The notes under the pieces were generated by a model, which worked only from the letters and a program-made list of their open reading frames with translations, ran no database searches and was not told where the DNA came from. Shown here piece by piece: positions 1-8,945 of a stretch of 64,000 nucleotides of DNA. The translations under genes and the position numbers were made by a program. The stretch is from a virus (lineage: Duplodnaviria > Caudoviricetes), in IMG/VR virus record IMGVR_UViG_3300044448_008243, positions 1-64,000 of that record. One strand, written 5' to 3'. Positions within the stretch are counted from its first letter, which is position 1, and every line of letters starts with the position of its first letter.

Positions 1-81
1 AGACCCAAGTCAGGGTTGAGAGAGCGTGGATGCGGTATGAAGCCAAAGAAAAAAAGAAGGATTAGGATTAAGATTAAATGA
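1..81 (+). CDS. 3' end of upstream ORF (partial; ...KPKKKRRIRIKIK*)
   Basis: Frame 1 open from position 1 to TGA at 79-81, overlapping the next ATG (ATGA junction). Confidence 0.6.
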   Translation, partial: RPKSGLRERGCGMKPKKKRRIRIKIK

Positions 82-560
82 AAATAGCAAAATCTAGATT
101 AAAAGAAATAATCAACGAAGAATACAAAGCTGTTTTGTCAGAGCAAGAATTGAAAACCGTTGGTGATTTAAGGGCAGTATTGCAGAAAATTCAACTTGCT
201 AAAAAAACGGGAGACGTAAAAGACGTTGCTAAGGATTTTGCTGTGGACATGGTAATGGATGCCATTCCGGGAGCAGCAACGGCAAAAGGTCTAGCTGGTC
301 TTGTAAAATCCTTGTGGGATCCTAGTGGAGATCAGCCAGAAAAGAAAACTGGTTCTAGTTTGGATAAGCTACAAATAGACCCCGAAGTTTCAAAAATAGT
401 TGATGATACGGTAGAGGACAACTTTATTAAAACTATAAGCAAAGAACTTGAGAGTGCGGATGATAGTATGCCCTTAACAAACCTAGATATGACCATGGCG
501 TTGCAAAAATATATTTCAGGTGAATACGATAGAAGATCAGTTTCTACACCGGAGAACTAA
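78..560 (+). CDS. Hypothetical phage protein with N-terminal MKIAKSRLKEIINEE motif (probable head/internal protein)
   Basis: ORF track; N-terminal peptide shared with several neighbouring ORFs. Confidence 0.75.
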   Translation: MKIAKSRLKEIINEEYKAVLSEQELKTVGDLRAVLQKIQLAKKTGDVKDVAKDFAVDMVMDAIPGAATAKGLAGLVKSLWDPSGDQPEKKTGSSLDKLQIDPEVSKIVDDTVEDNFIKTISKELESADDSMPLTNLDMTMALQKYISGEYDRRSVSTPEN

Positions 561-561
561 T

Positions 562-846
562 ATGAAAATTACAATAGATAGATTAAAAGAAATTATAAAA
601 GAAGAAATAGAAGCAACAGATCGACCTGACAAGTTATCGGGTTTTACAAAAAGCGCAACACAACAATCTAAAGTTAATGTTGGGAGAACGCAAGTTCAAG
701 CAGCCTTGGATGCTCTTGCAGCAGAAATAGGAAAGATGCAAAGCGTAGAACAAAAAGCAAAAACAGTTGGGCTCATCATCCAAAAACTAGGTATTGCGCC
801 GGATGAGCTTCTCAAGATAACAAACTTACTTAGGGCAAAAGACTAA
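562..846 (+). CDS. Hypothetical phage protein with MKITIDRLKEIIKEE N-terminus
   Basis: Start reassigned from 520 to ATG 562: GGAG at 551-554 and the shared motif begins there. Confidence 0.75.
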   Translation: MKITIDRLKEIIKEEIEATDRPDKLSGFTKSATQQSKVNVGRTQVQAALDALAAEIGKMQSVEQKAKTVGLIIQKLGIAPDELLKITNLLRAKD

Positions 847-1655
847 TGAACTTTAAAGAATTTATGAATGAAATAGATGATGAACTCAAGGGAACGTTTA
901 ATACGCAGGAAACCCTTGAGCCTAACTTCTGGCCTTTGGGTAAAAAGCTTAGACCATCTATTCGCAAACGGCTTATTGAGATTGCCCAAGATTTTTACGA
1001 CAGCCTTGAAATAGACGCAGAGTTAAAAGATATTACCTTTACTGGATCTCTCGCAAACTATAACTGGTCCCCACACTCAGATGTTGATCTTCACCTAATC
1101 GTTGATTACAAAGATGTTGAGGCAGATCCAGAACTAGCCAAAGATTATTTTAATGCTAAGAAATCTCTTTGGAACAGAATACATGATATCCTTATTGATG
1201 GCTTCGAAGTTGAAGTATACGTCCAAGATGAAAATGAGCCACACGCTTCTACGGGCGTCTACTCTATTATGAATGATGAGTGGCTTACAGAACCAAATAG
1301 AGTTGAGCCATCTTTTGATTGGAATGATATCGCAAAGAAAGCCGATGGCATCATGGACCAAATAGAAAGAGCGGTTGACATATACAAGGATAGAAAATAT
1401 ACAGATGCTCTCCAATATATTGACAAGTTAAGAGAGAAAATACGCAAGTTCAGGAAGACAGGTCTAGACAGGGCGGGAGAGTTTTCAAGCGAGAATATCG
1501 CTTTTAAAGTCCTAAGAAGAAACGGATACTTGGAAAAGTTAAGCAACCTTAAGCATATGGCTTATGATAGGTTGATGTCTAGAAAATCCGATGGTCTAAT
1601 TAGAATAAAATTATCTGAGACAGTTAAGTCTTGGAAGGAATTTCTAGGGAAATAA
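846..1655 (+). CDS. Pol-beta superfamily nucleotidyltransferase
   Basis: ITFTGSLANYNWSPHSDVDLHL matches hG[GS]x9-13DhDh; third acidic strand FEVEVYVQD. Confidence 0.75.
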   Translation: MNFKEFMNEIDDELKGTFNTQETLEPNFWPLGKKLRPSIRKRLIEIAQDFYDSLEIDAELKDITFTGSLANYNWSPHSDVDLHLIVDYKDVEADPELAKDYFNAKKSLWNRIHDILIDGFEVEVYVQDENEPHASTGVYSIMNDEWLTEPNRVEPSFDWNDIAKKADGIMDQIERAVDIYKDRKYTDALQYIDKLREKIRKFRKTGLDRAGEFSSENIAFKVLRRNGYLEKLSNLKHMAYDRLMSRKSDGLIRIKLSETVKSWKEFLGK

Positions 1656-1659
1656 ATGA

Positions 1660-2220
1660 TTGCCAAGAAAAAAGAAGAAAGTATACAAGAATATTGTATT
1701 AAAAAATGTAAAGTCGCTGGAGGATTTACCAGAAAACATTGCCATTCGTATTGAACGAGGTGTCGGTGGTCGCAGGACTTTGCGCTATGTAAACCAAAGC
1801 ATTTGTACTCAAATAGAAAAAGGCGAAGGAAAGCCTTGGGGTTATATTACAATAGCCAAGCCCAATGAAGAGTATGAGGGCGAGTGTGAAGGTGCTTACA
1901 TAGCAAGGATAATAGAATCAGATAATGAGTGGGGTCCGCTTTTGCTACAATTGGCGATTGAGTGGGCTTCGAAGAATAATGACGGGCTTATAGCCGACCG
2001 TTTCAGGGTCACTGAGTTTGAGTACCATCTCTGGAACCATTTGTTAGGCAATTTAGGAGGTGATTTTATCACTAAGCCCGTCGCCCTATGTTTGAATAAA
2101 TCTTCCAAAACTTGGTCTGAAAGACTAAATATAGAAGAAGATAAGATTGCAACGTCGTTCATCTTTTTTAGCAAGAGCAACATGTTGCAACAACTTTTAA
2201 AAGGAAAGAGGATTTGTTAA
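1660..2220 (+). CDS. Hypothetical protein, possibly GNAT-like acetyltransferase (TTG start)
   Basis: WGPLLLQLAIEWAS...GLIADR..V resembles degenerate GNAT motif A/B region; by-eye call. Confidence 0.4.
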   Translation: MPRKKKKVYKNIVLKNVKSLEDLPENIAIRIERGVGGRRTLRYVNQSICTQIEKGEGKPWGYITIAKPNEEYEGECEGAYIARIIESDNEWGPLLLQLAIEWASKNNDGLIADRFRVTEFEYHLWNHLLGNLGGDFITKPVALCLNKSSKTWSERLNIEEDKIATSFIFFSKSNMLQQLLKGKRIC

Positions 2221-2565
2221 ATGAAAGCGATTATCGTAAAAAATAGCAAACTAGTTAAATTTATAAATATCTTTAACTCTGGAGTTCGTGGAATTACTTT
2301 ATTTCCATTTATCTTTATTAGAGATGAAGGCGATGATCGCATTAACAACCACGAATCAATTCATATCGCTCAGTATGCTGAGTTATTTATTGTTGGATTT
2401 TTATTTCTTTATCTATGGGATTTTGTCCACGGATTTATAAAATATAAAAATTATGACAACGCATATAGGTCAATAAGGTTTGAGCGAGAAGCTTATTCAT
2501 TTGAAGCAGATCCTCACTATCTAGAATATAGAGAACCATATGCTTGGAGAAGATTTAAAGTTTAA
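2221..2565 (+). CDS. Small membrane-associated HExxH putative metalloprotease
   Basis: NHESIHIAQ, hydrophobic segment LFIVGFLFLYLW, downstream FEREAY. Confidence 0.6.
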   Translation: MKAIIVKNSKLVKFINIFNSGVRGITLFPFIFIRDEGDDRINNHESIHIAQYAELFIVGFLFLYLWDFVHGFIKYKNYDNAYRSIRFEREAYSFEADPHYLEYREPYAWRRFKV

Positions 2566-2616
2566 GGGCTTAAACTAAAACGAGATAATATTTATAATGT
2601 TACAGGAGACATTAAC

Positions 2617-3399
2617 ATGAAAATCACAAAACAAAGATTGAAAGATATCATTAAAGAAGAGTTGGAAAACTCACAAAATGAAGCAGACCAGATTGAAGAG
2701 ATTGATCTGGGTAGAGCAGCATCTGCAATCGGGCAACTGGTCAAGGGAAGATTGTTTAGAATAGGAACAAAATACTACGACTATTATGCGAGGGGTGTTG
2801 AAAGAATGGCCAAAGATCTTGAAGAAAAAGTGGAAAAATCAGGCGGCAACTATCAGCAGCTTAGATATGACATTAGTCATGTAGAGGAGATGATGGCTAG
2901 GTACAAAAAGCAGGAAGATAAAAGAAATCTAGTCTTTGATTTTATTCCAAACAGGCAACAAGAGGAAGTTAAGGCAGCATTAGATAAGTTAGACCAAGCC
3001 ATAGCAAAAGCGGCTGAAGTTGCTCAAGATGAAGAAGACAAAAAAATGCTCCAACTTTCGAGGGAGCGATATAGACAAGAGCAGAAAGACAGAGAGCGCA
3101 GAAAGAACGACGAAGAAAGAATGGCAAGAATGCGAAAAGAGATTGAAGACGAGTATAACGAAAAGAGATGGGCAAGACAATCCGCAGATCGTGAAAGAAA
3201 TAGATCTAGATCTTCCATTGACGTTAGTGGCAGAGGTTTTGCTTATGGTGACAACCCCGGTCGTGCTGGATACTCTGTTCGTGAAGGAAAAATCACTAAA
3301 GATGCTTTGAAAGGTATTATCGCAGAAGAACTCACAAAAGCCGAGAAGTCTAGAAAAAAAGAACTCGAAAAGGAACTCGACGACCTCAAGCATAAGTGA
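2617..3399 (+). CDS. Hypothetical coiled-coil protein with two copies of the KITKxxLKxIIxEE motif
   Basis: N-terminal MKITKQRLKDIIKEE, internal KITKDALKGIIAEE; AGGAG RBS. Confidence 0.75.
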   Translation: MKITKQRLKDIIKEELENSQNEADQIEEIDLGRAASAIGQLVKGRLFRIGTKYYDYYARGVERMAKDLEEKVEKSGGNYQQLRYDISHVEEMMARYKKQEDKRNLVFDFIPNRQQEEVKAALDKLDQAIAKAAEVAQDEEDKKMLQLSRERYRQEQKDRERRKNDEERMARMRKEIEDEYNEKRWARQSADRERNRSRSSIDVSGRGFAYGDNPGRAGYSVREGKITKDALKGIIAEELTKAEKSRKKELEKELDDLKHK

Positions 3400-3639
3400 A
3401 TGAAAGAGGGAAAGCTGAGTTCAGCTTTGCAAGAAAGATACGGCATTAAAAAAGAAGATGCTGTTGGAACTGTTCTTTGGCATTCTCTTAACGAAAGCGG
3501 CGCGATTGGTGTTTATGATATGAAGTTTGGTGATACTGTTATTCGTAACTTATCCGAAGCAGACATTGAAGAGATGACTGTCAAAGAGCATATGCATAAA
3601 AAACGTGATGATGACGATGCAGACAGGAAGAAAAAATGA
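3400..3639 (+). CDS. Hypothetical phage protein
   Basis: ORF track; tight packing with neighbours. Confidence 0.65.
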   Translation: MKEGKLSSALQERYGIKKEDAVGTVLWHSLNESGAIGVYDMKFGDTVIRNLSEADIEEMTVKEHMHKKRDDDDADRKKK

Positions 3640-3863
3640 AAATAACTAAACAAAGGTTAAAAGAAATCATAAAAGAGGAGCTTGATGATGATATCGTCAT
3701 GGTTCCCGGCTATGGAAAACTCCTTAAGAGACAAGTTAAAAGAAAGCTAGCCGAAATGCTCAAAGAGGCGGCGGAAGATGCTTTAGAGGGTAAGTACCCA
3801 CACTTAGATGGAGGCGTTATTCAAGCGCTCCACAAAGCTTTAAAGGGAAGCGAATCAGAATGA
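3636..3863 (+). CDS. Hypothetical protein with MKITKQRLKEIIKEE N-terminus
   Basis: Shared motif; ATGA overlaps at both ends. Confidence 0.75.
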   Translation: MKITKQRLKEIIKEELDDDIVMVPGYGKLLKRQVKRKLAEMLKEAAEDALEGKYPHLDGGVIQALHKALKGSESE

Positions 3864-4495
3864 AAATTACAAAGCAAAGATTACAACAGATTATCCAAGA
3901 AGAAATTACTTCTTACAAAGCATCTCAACTAAATGAAAGTATCGATGTGGAAACAGTAGAAAACATTGAATCTGCTATTCAGACGGCGTATAAGGAAATG
4001 ATGATCCCAGTTAAGCAAGACCAAACATACGCTGATACAGGTGAGCCGGTTTCCAAAGACCCTAAAGAAATGCATAAAAAGGCTGTAGAAATGATTATGT
4101 ATATGGTCAGCGATGCGATAGATGGCGCAATGGAATCAGAAGTAGAATTAAACGAAGATGGTCACACAGATATTCCTTCAGCTGCCAGAAAAATGAAACT
4201 TGCTATTGAAGATGCAGGACAAATCTTGTCTGCTTTAGAAGGCGGTCAAGGAGAGCTTCCATCTTGGTGGATGTCAAAAGTAACTATTGCTGCTGATTAT
4301 CTTAATAAAGCTCGTGATTATCTGCTTGTTCCTTCTCAAGAAATGGAAGAGAAATTAAAACCCAGTGATGGTGCGGGTGCTTATGTAGATGATTTCAGGA
4401 AATCAGATGCCCCCCAGTTTAAAGGAAAGAGTAAAAAGAAGAAGCAACAAATGGCTATTGCAGCCTATTTGGATGATAAGGACAGTAAAAAATGA
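3860..4495 (+). CDS. Hypothetical modular protein with MKITKQRLQQIIQEE N-terminus
   Basis: Shared motif; modules LPSWWMSKVTIAADYLNKARDYL and FRKSDAPQFKGKSKKKKQQMAIAAYLD. Confidence 0.75.
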   Translation: MKITKQRLQQIIQEEITSYKASQLNESIDVETVENIESAIQTAYKEMMIPVKQDQTYADTGEPVSKDPKEMHKKAVEMIMYMVSDAIDGAMESEVELNEDGHTDIPSAARKMKLAIEDAGQILSALEGGQGELPSWWMSKVTIAADYLNKARDYLLVPSQEMEEKLKPSDGAGAYVDDFRKSDAPQFKGKSKKKKQQMAIAAYLDDKDSKK

Positions 4496-5295
4496 TTAAA
4501 GGACTGGTTGAAAGACTTAGACAAAAGGTAGATTCGCTACAAGAGAAAGATGACCGCTGCACTCGTATTGCTAAACGTAAATATGATGCTTGGCCATCTG
4601 CTTATGCTTCTGGTGCTGTTGTTAGGTGCAGAGCGGGAAAGATTTGGAAAGGCGTCAAAGAAGATATGACCGATGAAGAACTTTCTGAAAATATAGAAAA
4701 TGAACAATTAGAAGCCTTAGAAGAAGATGAGGGTCTTAAAAAATGGTTTGATCGCCAAGGTGCACCCGGTAAGAAAGGCGGATGGGTTGATTGTAATACC
4801 TGTCGCAAAGGTAAAGACGGCAAAAAGAAATGTAAATCCTGTGGAAGACAAAAGGGAGAAAAAAGATCAAAGTACCCCAGATGTAGACCTACCCCAGCGC
4901 AATGCAAAGGCTACAAACGCAGAGGCTCCAATCTTCAAAAGAAAGAACAGATAGAAGAGATTGAATACAACTACATTGCTGCCTCCGACGCAACATACGA
5001 CGATGGCAATGCTATTGACTTTATGCTTGAGTTTTGGGATGATGTTGTTGTTGAAGCAGAATACCAAGGCAGAAAAGTAAAACTTAACAAGCCGATGCGC
5101 GGAGACGTGAAGAAATTCAAAGTTTTTGTAAAAGACCCAAAAACAGGTAATGTTAAGAAAGTAAACTTTGGCGATCCAAATATGAGAATTAAAAAGTCCA
5201 ATCCAGCAAGACGCAAGTCATTTAGGGCTAGACACAACTGTGATAATCCGGGTCCTAAGACAAAGGCTAGATACTGGTCTTGTAGGAAATGGTAA
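4492..5295 (+). CDS. Basic Cys/Lys-rich modular phage protein
   Basis: Modules WPSAYASGAVVRCR, GLKKWF..WVDCNTC..CKSC, KFKVFVKDPKTGNVKKVNFG..RRKSFRARHNCD..ARYWSCRKW separated by acidic linkers. Confidence 0.7.
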   Translation: MIKGLVERLRQKVDSLQEKDDRCTRIAKRKYDAWPSAYASGAVVRCRAGKIWKGVKEDMTDEELSENIENEQLEALEEDEGLKKWFDRQGAPGKKGGWVDCNTCRKGKDGKKKCKSCGRQKGEKRSKYPRCRPTPAQCKGYKRRGSNLQKKEQIEEIEYNYIAASDATYDDGNAIDFMLEFWDDVVVEAEYQGRKVKLNKPMRGDVKKFKVFVKDPKTGNVKKVNFGDPNMRIKKSNPARRKSFRARHNCDNPGPKTKARYWSCRKW

Positions 5296-5663
5296 TGAAT
5301 ATTAGCTTAGACAAACTTGTACAAATGGTTGAGAACCAACTGGTTTTATCCGAGCAAGAAAACCCACAAAGCATATATAAAGCAGCTGCTAAGTTGCGGA
5401 TAAACAAAACAAGAGGCGGGGATATGACTCAGCTTCTAAATGAGGTTAGGGGGATTGAAGGTGTAACCACTGTGAATCATAAAGCAGATTATGCCCGAGA
5501 TACGGAAACTTTTAACTTTGTTATTTTTGAAATGAAGTTTGAGTTAACAGGAACAGATGCTAATCCGATAACGTATATGAAAAAAACTTTGGTTCCCGGC
5601 ATTAGAGACATTAAGGGTATTGATATACAAGATATTCAATCCAGACCAGAAAAACTTTCCTAA
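5295..5663 (+). CDS. Hypothetical phage protein
   Basis: TAATG overlap suggests start 5295; N-terminus MNISLDKLVQMVE is a degenerate copy of the shared motif. Confidence 0.65.
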   Translation: MNISLDKLVQMVENQLVLSEQENPQSIYKAAAKLRINKTRGGDMTQLLNEVRGIEGVTTVNHKADYARDTETFNFVIFEMKFELTGTDANPITYMKKTLVPGIRDIKGIDIQDIQSRPEKLS

Positions 5664-5689
5664 ATAACATTTTTCTACATATTTATAAT

Positions 5690-7861
5690 ATGACAAGAAA
5701 TATTATCACAGCAATTTTCTTTATAATCTTCGGCATTTTAATGATTATTAACCTTGTTTCTTGTTCCGATATGTTTGAGAATCCCTATCCTTGGCCCGGT
5801 GATTTAGAGATTGAAGAAGAGCCAAAATATGATTTAGACAACGATGTTGTAACTAACCAAGATAAGTCCCCCGGTTCACTAGAAAAAGACAACATTTCCA
5901 GCCTTTTTGAAATACAAAAACAATACCAACAAGACTGTTATAAGACAGAATACTTTTTCTGTCCTCCTTCATTATTTTTGAATGAAATATGGGAATTTCA
6001 ATTAATAACAGACACCTGTAAAGACCCAGAAGAAATCGTATACAAAGGTCCTTGCGAACAAAAGTTCGAATGCGATCCATCAAATACAGAACCAGAAACA
6101 GTAATGTGCTCTGTCCCTGTTGAAACAGGTGGTAATGCATATGGATCTCAAGAAAAATGGTGTGATAAAGGGGTATGGAAATATACAGATTGTGTAATAT
6201 GTGAGCCAGAAGTTTGTGATGGCATTGATAATGATTGCAATGGAGAAATAGATGACCTTCCAATCCAAGAGTGTCAAAACGAATGTGGACCCGGCGATCT
6301 AGTTTGCGTTGACGGAAAAGAAGTTTGTTTTGGAGACGAACCAGAGGAAGAAATCTGCGACTATAAAGATAATGACTGCGACGGCTTGATTGATGAAGGT
6401 CAAACAAACGCTTGTGATAGTTGCGGCGATGTCCCAGAAGAGGTCTGCGATGGGTTTGATAATGACTGTGATGGTCAGACTGATGAAGATTTGGAGCAAC
6501 TTTGTGAAACTGCATGCGAAACTGGTCTTGAGTTCTGCGCTCTTGGGTCTTGGGTTGGGTGCACAGCAAAAGTTCCTTTTATAGAAATATGTAATGGGCT
6601 GGATGATGATTGTGACGGTAGTGTTGATGAAGACTTAGACTGCCTCTGTACAGTGCAGATGGTTGGTGCTCTTTTCCCTTGCTATGAATCTCCCCTTATT
6701 TGCGGTCAAGGATATAAAACTTGTGAATGTTTTGATGAAGACTGTGAGCAAATATTCATGACCGAGTGTTATGCTATGTGCAGTTATGAAGAACCGGTAC
6801 CTGAGAATTGTGATAAATTTAAAGGTATTATTGTTGATGAATTATGCAACAATCATGACGACAATTGTAACGAAGTGATAGATGAAGATTTGTTTAAGGG
6901 CTGTTATACTGGTGAGCCAGAGACTTTGTTTGTTGGCATTTGTATCCCCGGCGAGATGACTTGTGAAAAAGGTTCATGGGGCAATTATTATGAGGATGGA
7001 GAAACATTCATAGGCGACTATTGTATGGGCGAAGTTGTTCCTAATCAGACAGATGAGTGTAATGGAGAGGATGATAATTGCGATGGGATTATAGATGACG
7101 GCAAAGAACTAAAAGATACTGATATTCTTTTTATTATTGATGCTTCCGGGTCTATGCAAGATGAGATTGATGCAGTCCTCATAGCCATGAATCAGTTTGC
7201 AACATATTACCAAGACGAAGAAGTTATACAATGGGGATTGGTTATGGGACCATTTGCCCAATCAAAACCAGACACATGGGGCAATGATCAAGTAAGTGAA
7301 ATAATTGTAAATCTATCCCCATTTAGTGATTTTATCAGTGCCCTGTCCGGAGTAAATGCAGACTGGGCTACTGGAACTGAGCCGATATATGATCTAATAT
7401 ATTTATCGCTATGGAACTTAGCGCCAACATCAGCGCTGCCATGGCCGATATCTGACTTAAGCTTCTTAGAAGATTTTGGATCTTGGAATGAAACTTACAC
7501 AAACCCGAAACCTCAAGACTTTGAAATCAACTGGAGAGATGACGCACAACATGTTGTTATTGTATTCACAGACGAACCGGGACAAAGTTATATATCCATG
7601 CTAGAGCAACTAAATGTTTTGTCATCGTTATATAACGAAGGAATCTCTCAATTAGATCTACAACAACTAATATCTAACTGTATAGATCTCAATGTTTATA
7701 CATTTACAAAATTAGCACAAAAAGATACGAGTTGGATGGGAGAACAGGCTGGTTTTGAACCACTAACTATCTTTGGTGGTCAGTGGTTTGAGCTGGTTGG
7801 CAATCCTGCACAACTCTATGAAAACCTAATGCAAATTATTGACGATAACGCCTGTGAATAG
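5690..7861 (+). CDS. Lipoprotein with six Cys/Asp metal-binding (MopE-like, myxobacterial type) repeats and a C-terminal vWA domain
   Basis: Signal peptide with lipobox LVSC; six E-x-C-[DN]-x-x-D-[DN]-[DN]-C-[DN]-x-x-x-D repeats; MIDAS DILFIIDASGSM and VFTDE. Confidence 0.8.
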   Translation: MTRNIITAIFFIIFGILMIINLVSCSDMFENPYPWPGDLEIEEEPKYDLDNDVVTNQDKSPGSLEKDNISSLFEIQKQYQQDCYKTEYFFCPPSLFLNEIWEFQLITDTCKDPEEIVYKGPCEQKFECDPSNTEPETVMCSVPVETGGNAYGSQEKWCDKGVWKYTDCVICEPEVCDGIDNDCNGEIDDLPIQECQNECGPGDLVCVDGKEVCFGDEPEEEICDYKDNDCDGLIDEGQTNACDSCGDVPEEVCDGFDNDCDGQTDEDLEQLCETACETGLEFCALGSWVGCTAKVPFIEICNGLDDDCDGSVDEDLDCLCTVQMVGALFPCYESPLICGQGYKTCECFDEDCEQIFMTECYAMCSYEEPVPENCDKFKGIIVDELCNNHDDNCNEVIDEDLFKGCYTGEPETLFVGICIPGEMTCEKGSWGNYYEDGETFIGDYCMGEVVPNQTDECNGEDDNCDGIIDDGKELKDTDILFIIDASGSMQDEIDAVLIAMNQFATYYQDEEVIQWGLVMGPFAQSKPDTWGNDQVSEIIVNLSPFSDFISALSGVNADWATGTEPIYDLIYLSLWNLAPTSALPWPISDLSFLEDFGSWNETYTNPKPQDFEINWRDDAQHVVIVFTDEPGQSYISMLEQLNVLSSLYNEGISQLDLQQLISNCIDLNVYTFTKLAQKDTSWMGEQAGFEPLTIFGGQWFELVGNPAQLYENLMQIIDDNACE

Positions 7862-7863
7862 TC

Positions 7864-7892
7864 TTTACTTTATTTTAAATTCATGGTATAGT
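7864..7892 (+). promoter_or_regulatory. Putative sigma70 promoter for purA
   Basis: TTTACT (7864-7869), 17 nt spacer ending TGG, TATAGT (7887-7892). Confidence 0.5.
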
Positions 7893-7923
7893 TCTACTAT
7901 AAACCCCAACAAAGAGAGGCGCT

Positions 7924-8919
7924 ATGATTGCAGATGTCGTCCTTGGTCTTCAACACGGAGACGAAGCCAAGGGTAAAGTCACCCACCAACTATGTTCTAA
8001 AGGAAATTACTCACATGTCATTCGTTTTAACGGAGGGTGCAATGCAGGTCACACCATTTATCACGAAGGAAAAAAGTTTGTAACTCATCATATCCCAGCA
8101 GGAGTATTTTACGGCATCGAATCAATCATAGGTCCGGGGTGCGTTGTAGATCCAGAACAATTTTTTAAAGAAATCGAGGAGCTTGAATCGGCGGGTATAC
8201 CTGCTTCAACTCTTGTATCGATTGCCAATAACGCGCATGTAATTACAAAAAATCATAAAACTGAAGACAGCAAGGATTCTAGAATTGGCACCACAAAAAG
8301 AGGCAACGGTCCAGCATACAGAGATAAATACAATAGGACTGGCACTAGGGCAAAAGAACTTGAATGTTTTGAGGGGTACTTAATTGATATCTATGAAGAA
8401 TTATATTCAAACCCCAACGCAGAAATACTATTTGAAGGCGCACAGGGATTTGGACTAGACATTGATCATGGCGACTATCCTTATGTAACTTCATCACATT
8501 GCACAACAGCCGCCGCACTTCTTAACGGAGTTCCTCCACAAGCAATCAGAAATGTTTGGGGAGTTGCAAAGATTTACGAGACTTACGTCGGAGCAAAGAC
8601 TTTTCAACCCAAGGGAAATGTCTTTAATGCCTTGCAGAGTATCGGAGAAGAATTTGGCGCTACAACTGGTCGAAAAAGACAGTGTAATTGGATGGACTTA
8701 GATAATCTCAAAAAAGCTATCCGCATGAACGGTGTAACTGACTTAGTATTTAATAAAATGGATGTTCTTAGAGAAATTGGAGAATGGAAATTTTATAACA
8801 ATGGCGAAGTCATGCGTCTCGATACCGAACAAGAAGTCAGAAGTTGGCTTACTTCATACTTCTCTACCTTCCCTACTATTTCCAACGTCTACTTTTCAGG
8901 AAATAAAGATAGGATTTAG
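7924..8919 (+). CDS. purA: Adenylosuccinate synthetase (short type)
   Basis: QHGDEAKGK, RFNGGCNAGHT, IGTTKRGNGPAY, FEGAQG, YPYVTSS, GATTGRKR motifs. Confidence 0.95.
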   Translation: MIADVVLGLQHGDEAKGKVTHQLCSKGNYSHVIRFNGGCNAGHTIYHEGKKFVTHHIPAGVFYGIESIIGPGCVVDPEQFFKEIEELESAGIPASTLVSIANNAHVITKNHKTEDSKDSRIGTTKRGNGPAYRDKYNRTGTRAKELECFEGYLIDIYEELYSNPNAEILFEGAQGFGLDIDHGDYPYVTSSHCTTAAALLNGVPPQAIRNVWGVAKIYETYVGAKTFQPKGNVFNALQSIGEEFGATTGRKRQCNWMDLDNLKKAIRMNGVTDLVFNKMDVLREIGEWKFYNNGEVMRLDTEQEVRSWLTSYFSTFPTISNVYFSGNKDRI

Positions 8920-8930
8920 TTCTTTTCATC

Positions 8931-8938
8931 ACTATTTA
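8931..8938 (+). promoter_or_regulatory. Putative phage late promoter box ACTATTTA
   Basis: Recurrent octamer, 4-7 nt before GTG/ATG, no SD. Confidence 0.5.
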
Positions 8939-8945
8939 CTAAGTG

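Noticed and set aside
1656-1754. 32-codon ATG ORF overlapping the TTG start of 1660-2220
   Set aside because: No recognisable features; the longer TTG frame accounts for the region
3397-3402. Readthrough at in-frame stop-ATG junctions (also 2220/2221, 37004/37005, 42168/42169, 47539/47540, 49501/49502)
   Set aside because: The pattern recurs with all stop types between unrelated enzymes, so translational coupling explains it better
7924-8919. PurZ / Z-genome pathway
   Set aside because: The catalytic Asp of PurA (GDE) is present where PurZ has Ser, and no datZ/mazZ-like neighbours are visible
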